A stretch of DNA of 64,000 nucleotides, taken from positions 10,194,637 through 10,258,636 of the forward strand of contig NC_057745.1 in assembly GCF_004010195.1 (NCBI RefSeq), given 5' to 3'. Shown here piece by piece: positions 53,338-64,000 of the stretch (position 1 is the first letter of the stretch; each line of letters begins with the position of its first letter). Position numbers and translations under genes: made by a program. The notes beneath the pieces are model-generated. The model was given only the letters and a program-made list of their open reading frames with translations, did not search any database and had not been told where the DNA came from. Origin of the DNA: Chiloscyllium plagiosum (lineage: Eukaryota).

Positions 53338-54395
53338 TGCAAGGTTTGTGAAGGTTTGTAGCTCAGGTTGAGGTTTAGGGTGTAGGTTTGCTCGCTGAGC
53401 TGTAGGTTTGATATCCAGACGTTTAATTACCTGGCTAGGTAACATCATCAGTGGCGACCTCCAAGTGAAGCGAAGCTGTTGTCTCCTGCTTTCTATTTAT
53501 ATCTTTCTCCTGGATGGGGTTCCTGGGGTTTGTGGTGATGTCATTTCATGTTCGTTTTCTGAGGGGTTGATAGATGGCATCTAGATCTATGTGTTTGTTT
53601 ATGGCGGTGTGGTTGGAGTGCCAGACCTCTAGGAATTCTCTGGCATGTCTATGCTTAGCCTTTCCCAGGATAGATGTGTTGTCCCAGTTGAAATGCTGTT
53701 TTTTTTCATCCGTATGTAGGGCTATGAGGGAGAGGGGGTCGTGTCTTTTTGTGGCTAGCTGGTGTTTATGTATCCTGGTGGCTAACTTTCTTCCTGTCCA
53801 GAAATGACAGCCAGACTACTGAGACCCCTCGGAATCCTAGTAGCACACAAACCCACCAACACTCTCAAACAAAAACTAACAAACGTAAAAGACCCAGTAC
53901 AACCCATGGACAAAACCAACATCATCTATAAAATTCCATGCAAGGACTGCCACAAACACTATGTAGGACAAACAGGAAGAAAGTTAGCCACCAGGATGTA
54001 TGAACACCAGCTAGCCACAAAAAGACACGATCCCCTCTCCCTCATAGCCCTACACACGGATGGAAAAAACCAGCATTTCAACTGGGACAACACATCTATC
54101 CTGGGAAAGGCTAAGAAAAGACATGCCAGAGAATTCCGAGAGGCCTGGCACTCCAACCACAACGCCATAAACAAGCACATAGATCTAGATGCCATCTATC
54201 AACCCCTCAGAAAACGAACAGGAAATGACATCACCACAAACCCCAGGAACCCTATCCAGGAGAAAGATATAAATAGAAAGCAGGAGACAACAGCTTCGCT
54301 TCACTTGAAGGTCGCCACTGATGATGTTACCTAGCCAGGTAACGAAACGTCTGGATATCAAACCTACAGCTCAGCGAGCAAACCTACACCCTAAA
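53338..54395. mobile_element. Penelope-like element, inverted structure, GIY-YIG endonuclease, 12-bp TSD
   Basis: ORF 53804-54334 IIYKIPCKDCHKHYVGQTGRKLATRMYEH; arms 53373-53797 / 53972-54395; TSD aaggaaaaaatt at 53326-53337 and 54394-54405. Confidence 0.92.
54315..54354 (+). ncRNA. Minimal hammerhead ribozyme motif of the Penelope element
   Basis: CCA-CUGAUGA-u-GUUACC-uagcca-GGUAAC-GAAA-CGUC-UGG: stem I CCA/UGG, perfect 6-bp stem II, GUC site. Confidence 0.8.
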
Positions 54396-54544
54396 GGAAA
54401 AAATTCTTAAGAAGGTTATGAATTTTTACAATTGTCTACCCAGTGAGTTGTGGGTGCTCAATGCATTGAAGAATTATTTGAATAGATTTTTGGAAATTAA
54501 GGGGAAGTAAAGTTGAAATTGTTCAGCTACCTCCTTCTTGAAAG

Positions 54545-55237
54545 AAACAAAAAAAACCGCAGTTGCTAGAGTCCAAAGTAGTCAAGCAGGAGGCTGGATG
54601 AACACAGCAAGCCAGGCAGCATCAGGAGGTGGGGAAGTTGAAATTCCGTGTACACCCATTCTTCAGGAAGGGGGGGGGTGGGGTTAGTGGGAGCTGCAGA
54701 TAAGGAGAGGGGGGGGGGGGGAAGGGTTTTGGGTGGGGAGGGAGCAGAGCAGTGAGCTAGTGATAGGTAAACATAGGAGGTGGGTATGACCTGATTGGTC
54801 GATGGGAGGAATGAATCTGGTTGGTAGCTGGAAAGAAGGATTGGTAAGTGGAATGAAAGGGAGGGGGGGCTGGAAAGGGAGTCAGGGAATGGGAATGGAG
54901 GTTATTTGAAATTGGAAAACTCAATGTTGACTCCTCCCAGCTGTCGGCTACCCAGGTGGAAGATAAGGTGATGTTCCTTCAATTTGTGGTCTGATTCACT
55001 GTGGCAATGGAGGAGATTGAGGATGTACATTTTGGAGGAGTGGGAAGGGGAATTGAAGTAGGCAGTGACTGGGAGGTCAGGCTGGCCCTTACGGGCCCGG
55101 CTGAGACGCTCATTAAAATGTGCCCTTGGTTTGCGTTTGGTCTCCCCGATGTAGAGGAGACCTCATCAGGGGCACTGGATGCTGTAAACTAGGTTGGAGG
55201 AGAGGAGGATAAACCTCTGTTTCACCTGGAAGGACTC
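54545..55237 (-). mobile_element. Second Penelope-like element 3' part (different lineage), decayed GIY-YIG
   Basis: Minus strand SNLVYSIQC...LLYIGETKRK...PVTAYFNSPSHS...LIFHLGS...NIEFSNF*; 3' end resembles family A mini-elements. Confidence 0.8.
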
Positions 55238-55327
55238 CTTATTATAAGACAGGGAAGGTTCAGAGGGCCAATTGCCCTAGGTTTGCTTGTATGTTTTAAG
55301 TCATGTTTTTAAATTTATGCTGTATTG

Positions 55328-55361
55328 TCAATATTTATCTTCAATTCTCCAAAAGGATCTG
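55328..55361 (+). promoter_or_regulatory. Splice acceptor of UGT copy 3 coding exon (AAG|GATCTG, exon starts 55356)
   Basis: Same acceptor motif 25 nt before the ATG. Confidence 0.7.
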
Positions 55362-55380
55362 GAAATTCCTTGCTCTTGAA

Positions 55381-56989
55381 ATGGATCATTTTGCATGGAA
55401 AAGAGGGTTCCATGTTGCATGCTTTCTTAGTTTTTTCATTGCCCTGTCTTATCCAATTACCCAGGGAGCTGATATATTGGTTGTCCCTGTTGATGGAAGT
55501 CATTGGGTCAATATGAGAATTCTAATAGAAGAGCTAAAACGTAATGGGCGCAATATCACTGTGCTTTATTCTGCAGGATCATTGTACATCAAAGAGCAGC
55601 CTGATCTATATCAATCCATTGCAGTTGAATTGCAAGGATTCGTTGACAGAAATATGAGCAAAGACATTCTGCAAAATTTAGTTCAAAAGACACTAGAAGC
55701 CTTAAAGTTTGATTGGACACTATGGGGATCTGTTAAGTTCCAGTATGAAATGATGTCTTTTGTTCATGCCTTTCACTCTTGGGCACTACAGCTAAATTTT
55801 ACAATTTATGAAGGATTTGTTGAAACAATTTGAAAATGCACATTTTGACTTAATGTTGACTGATCCTGCTTTACCTACAGGTCCAATGCTTGCTTATTAT
55901 TTAAAACTTCCCTTGGTATATAACGTTCGATGGCTCAGCAATGGAGAAGCTCATTTTCTCTTTGCCCCATCACCACTATCCTATATCCCAACCCCTGGTT
56001 CCAGATTGACAGATGAAATGAGTTTACTCCAAAGGACAAAAAATGTCATCTTTAGTCTGTTTCAACTCTCCAATTTTAAATTTCTAACTGAGCCTATGTA
56101 CAAAGAACTCTGCCATCGCTATCTGGGCCCAGACACAGACATTGAGACTGTTCTCCTAAGGGCAGATGTGTGGCTGATGACAGTAGATTTTATATTTGAA
56201 TTCCCAAGACCCACCATGCCAAATATTGTTTATATTGGTGGATTCCAGTGTAAACCACCCTCATCTCTACAGGCAGAGTTTGAAGAACTTGTCCAGTCCT
56301 CAGGAGAACATGGGATTATTGTCATGTCAATGGGGACTGTTATCAACTCTTTGCCAATGCATATTGCAATGCAAATAGCAGAGGCCTTTGCTCAAGTGCC
56401 TCAGAAAGTTATCTGGAAACATAATGGAAAGATCCCTCCCAACATTGGAAATAATACACTATTGGCAAAGTGGATCCCTCAGAATGATCTACTAGGACAC
56501 TCCAAAACACGAGCCTTCGTTCCTCATGGTGGCACCAATGGAGTTTATGAAGCCATCTATCATGGGGTGCCAATAGTTGGCATACCTCTGCTTTTTGATC
56601 AGTTTGATAATTTACTCAGACTTGAAGTCCGAGGTGCAGCAAAAGTGATGAACATTGCAACCATGCAGTCAACAGATCTACTGCAGGCACTTAATGAGGT
56701 TATACATAACACATCTTATCGGGAGAACATGCAGAAACCCTCTGCTCTCCACAAAGACCAACCCGAGTCTCCAACGGAGAGAGATATTTTCTGGATTGAG
56801 TATGTGGCCCGACACAAAGGAGCAGCACGTTTACGCTCAGAATCTTACCGACTCCCCTGGCACATTTACTATTGTGTAGATGTGATGATCTTCCTGTTGG
56901 TTGTGCTACTAATGCTTACAATCCTGACAGTTGTACGGATGAAGAAATTTTGTAACATTGTCTCAAAAAGAAAGCTAAAAACTCAGTAA
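55381..56989 (+). pseudogene. UGT5-like pseudogene (copy 3)
   Basis: ATG 55381 (MDHFAWKRGF...VPVDGSHWVNM); frameshift near 55812 consistent with a 5-nt deletion (TATGAA-----GGATTTG); changes in conserved motifs (GHSK, FVPHGG, MQKPSA, ERDIFW, LMTVDF). Confidence 0.88.
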
Positions 56990-57489
56990 GAGATATATTT
57001 TTGCTCAGAAATATATTTTTATTTTCCAAGTGAAGTAAGTCAAAGCAGCTTTCTTGATAAACAAAGTAATAAATTACAAGCTAATCTTTTTGTTTTAGTT
57101 GTGGTGAATAGTCAGTATGAGATCTGCTGTGTAACATTGCATTCACTTTCTTAATAACATCACCACAAGCATCCAAAACGTAAAATTCCAAAGTTCTTTT
57201 GGGACCATTTCTTTAGATTGGAAAAACTACAAACGGCACTCCAAATTTTAGAATTGGATTTTATTGTCATTTGTACTCAAGTACAGCAATACAGTGTAAA
57301 GTGTACAAAATCACGATTCTCTGGCGCCATCTTAAAATACAAAATTTAAATTTAAAGAAAAGGAGAAATGAAAGAAACAGTTGAAGACTCTGGGTCTGTA
57401 CAGGACGGAGTGTAGAAGGATGAAGGGGGGCTCTCATTCAAACTTGAAGAATACTGAGAGGCACAGATAGAGTGGTAGTGGAGCAAACA

Positions 57490-57655
57490 TTCTGCCATAA
57501 AATCTGTGTCTTATGATCCTATTCTCCACAACCACTTGATGAAGGAGTAGCGCTCTGAAAACTAATGCTTCCAAATAAACCTATTGGACTATAACCTGGT
57601 GTTGCATGATTTTTGACTTTGTCCACCTTGGTCCAACACCTGCTCCTCCACATCA
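57490..57655 (+). mobile_element. Penelope-derived mini-element (family B) inside a CR1 3' fragment (57390-57920)
   Basis: ttgatgaaggagtagcgctctgaaaacta...aataaacctattggactataacctgg. Confidence 0.65.
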
Positions 57656-60020
57656 TGACAACTCTTTAGAACTGAGGTGAGGAGGTATTTCTTCAGCTGG
57701 AGGGTGGTGAATCTGTGTAACTCATTGTCACAGACGTTTGTGAAGGCAAAGTCATTGAGTGTATTTAAGAGAGAGATAGATAAGTTCTTGATTAGTAAAT
57801 GGATCAAAGGAAATGGGGAGCAGACAGGAGAATGGGGTTGATAAATATATTAGCCATGATCGAATAACAGGATAGACTTGATGGGCCAAATGGTTTAATT
57901 CTGCTCCAATATCTTATGCATTGTTTTTTAGTCTTAAAAGTGGGCAGAAAGCTGATGAATTTATTGAAAGGTGGGGATTTAAGGATAGTAGAATAAAATT
58001 GATCCAAGTAGGATGAGGAATATGACAGCAGTAAATTATGGATATAGACTAGGAAGGAAAAAGGAAAATCAAGAATAAACCTCCACTACCTGTTATTTTG
58101 CTCAACTGGTATTCTCATCTTTATTGAGAAGGAAATGGAGTTCAATCCAACAATTCGTTGCATACAAACCTGCCAAATTTGACATCTAAATGAGCATCAT
58201 ACTTCAACAGAGGTGTTGTCCCAGCTGAAGTGAACAGCCCCTGTTATTATTCAAATGGAATGAAACCCTTCAAGATTCTCCAACAATGTTCTTGCCTGAA
58301 CCAACACCATCAAAAATTGATTGACTAGTTATTCATCACACTGGTAGGATCTTGTTCATGGAAAACAAATTGTATTTGTCAACATCGAACAAATTCTAGA
58401 ATTGTTAGAACCTATTGCATGCATATGACTTTCCAGTTCTAAAAAGCTGCAAAATCTGAACTTGTAACTCTCCACAGAGTTTGCCTGATTTCAAGTATTT
58501 CCAATATCTTCAGCTTTTATTTCAGATTTCCATATCATCTGCAGTATGTTGTCTTCACAAAAATCTCAGTTCTGTTTAATAAGTAACTAATAATTTCATT
58601 GCTCAGAAAGCGACTTGTGGAATTGCTTGGCATGCGTATACTGAAATCCAACTTAGGCTGTGAGCTTTAATTGGGACAGCAAAATCAATAATGATGCCAA
58701 CATATTAGAAATACAGTTTAGAGATATATTTGTGTACATAATATGAAGAATTTTGACATTAATTTTGCGGTTTGGAGCAGCATTCATATCAAACATTGAG
58801 AAATTGGGGTAAGAGTCAAAAAATAAGTTGTCTTTGGGTTTGTGAGTGTTGGCCACAGAAAAAAACTTTTGACAAGATTTTAAGCTGAGCTATACCACTG
58901 GAACGGAAGCAATGAACAAGAATGTCAACTTTGATTCTTTTGAGGCACTTGAACTTTCTAGCTAGGGTTTTGGTAGTCAGGTGGGAAGCCAACTTTTGAC
59001 TAGACTTTTGTATTTTTATTTTGTATATTCTGCCTTTTTTTTGGCTTTTTGTTCCATTAAATCTGTCAAGCAGTATAGGGGAGAATCAGATAGTGGAAGC
59101 TTACTTTCAGTAGTGATGTTATTCTGAGGACTGTTGGAGCCTCCATTAATCTTTGGATTCTCATGTGCACATGGCTGTTTAGCCACTGAGATGATGGTAT
59201 TCTGATTCAGGACGCTCTGGAATCAAGCAACAAAAAGCTTTCTGAGGGAAAACGGAGATTTTCAGACCAGTTATCCCAAGATCTGATGCTGTGGGCTGAG
59301 TAGAGATTTTAATTAAGAATAAAGTGACAAAGTAGTTTGAAACATTTCAGAGCATCACATGAATTTTCCTATCTCACTGTCTGAAAGAGCCACATATTTG
59401 AGTTTACCAGTAACACAATGATAGTGCCAGCATACGTGGAAATATACAATTAAAAGGAAAATGCAGTTACATTAAGTGAATATGCAAAACTGTGACAAGA
59501 ATGCTTTTGATATAGACATATGTGAGGATATCCACTCTGCATTTAAAAAGGATAGAGCAATATGCTTTGTCAATGGTGAGAGGCATGAAATATTTGAGAC
59601 CCAAATAGATTTAGGTGATTATGAGCACACTGTTAAAATGTCATTGACAAGTCTAGGAAAAAAAAAAGGCTCAAGGAGTATTGGCCTTCATATCTGGAGA
59701 CTGGAATGCCAAGGAGCAAACACTATGCTGCAGTTACAAAGTTCAAGTTACAATACTCAAGACCATACGTAGTCATGTGTTCAGTTCAGGCCATCTTATC
59801 TTGGGCTTAATGTACTGCTTTTGGAAACAATTCAGCACTGATTTCACTAAACACATAGCTAGATTCTCAGGACTTAATAATAATAAGAATTAATGCAACC
59901 TGGGATTCTATTCCCTGGAATTTAGATGGTTAAAAGGTGATATGATCAAAATGTTCAACATATTATTGCATGATGATAGGATAGATAATAACAAACTATT
60001 TCTGTTGGTTAGGAGTCTAG

Positions 60021-60354
60021 AGGGTGGCACAGTGGCTCAGTGGTCACAGTTTTAGGGACCCAGGATCAATTCCATCCTCAGATGACAGTCTGTAAGCAGT
60101 TTGCACATTCTCACTGTGTCTACACGTGTTTTCTCCTGGTGCTCCAGTTTCCTCCCACAATCTAACGATGTGCAGGTTAGGTCGATTGGCTATGCTAGAT
60201 TGCCCATAGTATCCAGGGATATGTAGGCTTGATGGATTGGCCACGGGAAGCCTAGAGATGCAGGGATGGAGTGAATCTAGGTCGGATGCGTTTTAGAAGG
60301 TCAGTGTTGGCTCGATGGACGGAATGGCCTGCTTCCATATTGTAGGGATTCTAT
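60021..60354 (+). mobile_element. Older V-SINE inserted in a decayed CR1 (59450-60620)
   Basis: tRNA head, V domain, CR1-like tail. Confidence 0.75.
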
Positions 60355-61089
60355 AAAGTGCTGGGCAGAGTCTAATGGTTAGAATGAGTCAATTCATGGA
60401 CGAAACTTGGATGCTCTTCTGTATGCAAAAGGTAGTAGAGTTTTGGAAGTCTGTTCCACTTATGGTATTTTACCGTAGGATGGTTACAAACTTTAAATCT
60501 TGCATAATTTTGTTAACCAAAGACAATGAGGGATATGCGGCAATGGTGGCTAAATGGAAATAATTCACAGATCAGCCATGATATCATGGAATGGTAGTAC
60601 AGGTTTAAGTGGACTTCTGTTCCTGTAACAAATCAAAAATAATGTTATGTCTAACTGAGGTAGTTCACTGAAAATCCAGCCCTGTTCCTCTTGGAATCAT
60701 AACAACAATTAAAGATTATTTTATAAAACTTTGCAGAATTCCCAATTTCCATGTCCTTTAGATCCAAGGTTGATTGAAAGCATGGATCAGGTTTCTGTAT
60801 TTAACAAGCATTACTAATTTATACAAATCAATTGATTCTAGCTACAAATAAACAAATATGGACCATTGACAGATAATTAGTTAAATGTTTAACTCATTTA
60901 CAAAGCTCAGTTAATGCACACATACATATAGGCACAAGAAAAAGTTTTAAAGGAGGAGGGAGTGACTGGGAAGATAGTTCAACAATCCCTGTCCAAAGCA
61001 ATCACTGAGATAATCTTTTTGGTATGACAGGACTGGTTATTTCTCAAAATTCTTTCTTCTGCCACTGAATGTAGCTAGTAGAACTGATA

Positions 61090-62232
61090 AGGGGGAGCCA
61101 GTGGCTGTGGTTTATTTGGACTTTCAAGGCATTCGATAACGTGTCACATAAGAAATTAGCATTAAAATTAAAGCATATGGAGTTGGGAGGTAGTGTATTT
61201 AGATGGATAGGGTGTTAACTGGTGGACTGGAAACAAAGTGTAGGAACAAATGAGACATTTTCTGATTGGCAGTCAGTGACAAGTGGGTATATCAGGAATC
61301 AATGCTTGAACCTCAGCTATTCACAACATATGTTAATGATTTAGACGAGAGAATTAAATGTAATACTTCCAGGTTTGAAGACAACACAAGGCTGAGTGGG
61401 AGGCTAAATTGTGAGGAAGTTGCAGAGATGCTTCAGTGTGTTTTGAATAGGTTGAGTCAGTGGATGAATGCACAGCATATAGAGTATAATGTGGATAAAT
61501 GTGAGGTTATCTATTACGGGACAAAAAAAAACAGGAAGGTGGATCATTATCTGAATGGTGATAGATTGGGAAAGGGGGAGTCCAATGACACCTGTGTGTC
61601 CTTGTGTACCAGTCACTGAAATTAAGTATGCAGGAACAGCAAGTGGTGAAAAAGGCAAATGACACATTTTCCTTCACAGGGATAGAATTTGAGTTCAGGA
61701 GCAGGATGTCTTGCATTTATACAGGGCCTTAGTGAGATAACAGCTGAATATTGATGTGCAGTTTTGGTCTCATTATCCGAGGGTCCTGGGATGGCAGGAT
61801 TGGCAGATTGAAGACAGACTTCATCAGTTAAGATAATATTCATCGGATTTTAGAAGAATAAAGGGAAAATCTAATAGAAGCCTATAACATTCTAAAGGAC
61901 CTCAATGTAAGAAGGATATTCCTGATGACTGGGGAGTTCAAAACACAGGACACAGTCTAAGGATATAGGGCCGGCCATTTAAGGCTGCATTGAGATGAAG
62001 ATAAATTTCTTCATCCAGACAGTCAAGAACCTGTGGAATTCTCTGCCATATGAGGGTTTTGAGCCAATATGATTCAATATTTTCAAGAAGGGGGTAGATC
62101 TAGTTTTTAGGGCAAAAGGGATCAAAGGGTGTACATGGAAACAGGGTTTTGAGTTGAATGATCAGCCATGATCATAATGAATGGCGGAGCAGGTTCAAAG
62201 AGCCTATTCTTATTTCTATTTTCTGTGTTTCT
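61090..62232 (+). mobile_element. Decayed CR1 RT/3' end
   Basis: QESMLEPQLFTTYVNDL, NVDKCEVI. Confidence 0.8.
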
Positions 62233-62921
62233 GTTTCACTCACTTGCAGGAAGCACAATGTGACTGGTTCATATTAATAAAGTCGCTGATATATTGATTA
62301 AGTTCAAGCCTACAGGAACTGATGAGCGAAATAAACTGGGTGTCTTCAGGCTTGAGGTGTTTCGTTTTATGCAGAGAAAAGGGCAGCTCCTTTCTTTTTA
62401 GAGATCCTTTGGCTTCTCACCAACTATTCTCACCAACTATTCTTGCCAACTATTCACACCCACAAGCTGCTCAACAACCTGGGAGCCAATCACATAGTTG
62501 TTGGTAGGCAGAAGGCAATTGTCATCGATAATTAGTCATCACTTTTCAGATCAATTAACTAAGCATGCATGACCAATCTGTCATGGCACAGAGAGTTGGT
62601 TCACTCTGTTGCTTGCTTGGCTGGTTTGTGTTGCAGAGTAACACCAACAACACAGATTCAATTCCTGCACTGGCTGAGGTTACTGTGAGGGACTCTCCCC
62701 TCACCTGAAGTTAAACAACCATCAGCCATCTCTTTCAAATGAAAGAGCAACCGTATGGTCTGGTCTCATGGGGGCTTTACCGCTATCTTAGTATTCCTCT
62801 GCCCACTGCTTGAACAAAAAGCAGTATATACAGCATTTATAAAGAGTAGCTATTAAACTTGCTATTAAAAAGTGCAGTAATCTTGCCTGCGATCCTTTGT
62901 TTTGAAACCAATCCATTTCCT

Positions 62922-63318
62922 TTCTGATGAAGAGCTTTTGTCTGAAACGAGGACTCTCCTACTCCTTGGATGCTGCCTGACCTGCTGTGTGTTTCCAGCG
63001 CCACACTCTCAACTCTCACCTCCAGCAACTGCAGTCCTCACATTTCCTTTCTCAGTCCACATTGAAAGATAATGTTAATATAGGTATGGATTTGGGGAAG
63101 TAGTAAATCAATATTTGCCACAAAAACCAACTTGAAACACATACTGAATATCTGAGCTACTGAGGGAAAATTTTTAACAAGTGAAGTGAGGAAGATACAA
63201 ACATTTCCTTTTAAACTCCTGGCAGGAGGTTCCTTTCTGATTAAAGGCTTTTGCCCGAAATGTCAACTCCCCTGCTCCTTGGATACTGCCTGACCTGCTG
63301 TGCTTTTCCAGCACCACA
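62922..63318 (+). mobile_element. Two family A hammerhead mini-element fragments (62922-63048; 63236-63318)
   Basis: ctgatgaagagcttttgtctgaaacg; ctgattaaaggcttttgcccgaaatgtc. Confidence 0.65.
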
Positions 63319-63319
63319 T

Positions 63320-64000
63320 TAGAACATAGAACATAGAAGAATACAGCGCAGTACAGGCCCTTTGGCCCTCGATGTTGCGCCGATCCAAGCCCACCTAACC
63401 TATACTAACCCACTATCCTCCATATACCTATCCAATGCCCGCTTAAATGCCCATAAAGAGGGAGAGTCCACCACTGCTACTGGCAGGGCATTCCATGAAC
63501 TTACAACTCGCTGAGTGAAGAACCTACCCCTAACTTCAGTCCTATATCTACCACCCCTTAATTTAAAGCTATGCCCCCTTGTAATACCCGACTCCATACG
63601 CGGGAAAAGGTTCACACTGTCAACCCTATCTAACCCCCTAATCATCTTGTACACCTCAATCAAGACACCCCTAAACCTTCTTTTCTCTAATGAAAACAGC
63701 CCCAAGTGTCTCAGTCTATCCTCATACGATCTTCCTTCCATACCAGGCAACATCCTGGTAAACCTCCTCTGCACCCGTTCCAGTGCCTCCACATCCTTCC
63801 TATAGTATGGCAACCAAAACTGCACACAATATTCCAGATGCGGCCGCACCAGAGTCTTATACAACTGCATCATGACCTCAGGACTCCGGAACTCAATTCC
63901 TCTACCAATAAAAGCCAGTACGCCATATGCCTTCCTCACCACACTATTTACCTGGGTGGCAACTTTCAGAGATCTGTGTACATGGACACCAAGATCCCTC
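63320..64000 (-). mobile_element. Young CR1 LINE 3' end (runs out of window)
   Basis: Open ORF2 C-terminus 63400-63942 ([13 protein letters not shown]), (ttctatg)n tail. Confidence 0.92.

Noticed and set aside
54668-54745. G-runs / possible G-quadruplex
   Set aside because: Low-complexity tract inside the Penelope 3' region
55303-55380. Upstream ATG extending copy 3 (ORF 55303)
   Set aside because: Lies upstream of the conserved acceptor, i.e. in the intron; 55381 aligns with the paralogue starts
1-64000. CRISPR arrays, rRNA, genuine tRNA genes, prokaryotic systems
   Set aside because: None seen; tRNA-like sequences are SINE heads

Overview
Eukaryotic, repeat-rich (roughly half interspersed repeats) vertebrate DNA. 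The repeats (HE1/V-SINE-type SINEs, CR1/HER1-type LINEs, Penelope-like elements) point to a cartilaginous fish, probably a shark (inference). The only host genes are three tandem, same-strand UDP-glucuronosyltransferase paralogues of the single-coding-exon UGT5 type: one intact (39231-40841) and two disrupted (8706-10320; 55381-56989). Each has a conserved splice acceptor 22-26 nt before its ATG and a paralogous upstream donor (ATCA|GTAAGT), implying a separate 5' non-coding exon. The paralogues are about 63% identical in a sampled N-terminal stretch but about 95% identical in a sampled stretch of the C-terminal block, suggesting gene conversion. Other signals: many Penelope-derived mini-elements with minimal hammerhead ribozyme cores, a palindromic Penelope insertion with a 12-bp TSD and an intact sense-strand hammerhead inside the predicted intron of copy 3, a perfect 75-bp duplication at a TE breakpoint, and a Harbinger Myb/SANT remnant. 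All identities and boundaries were judged by eye.
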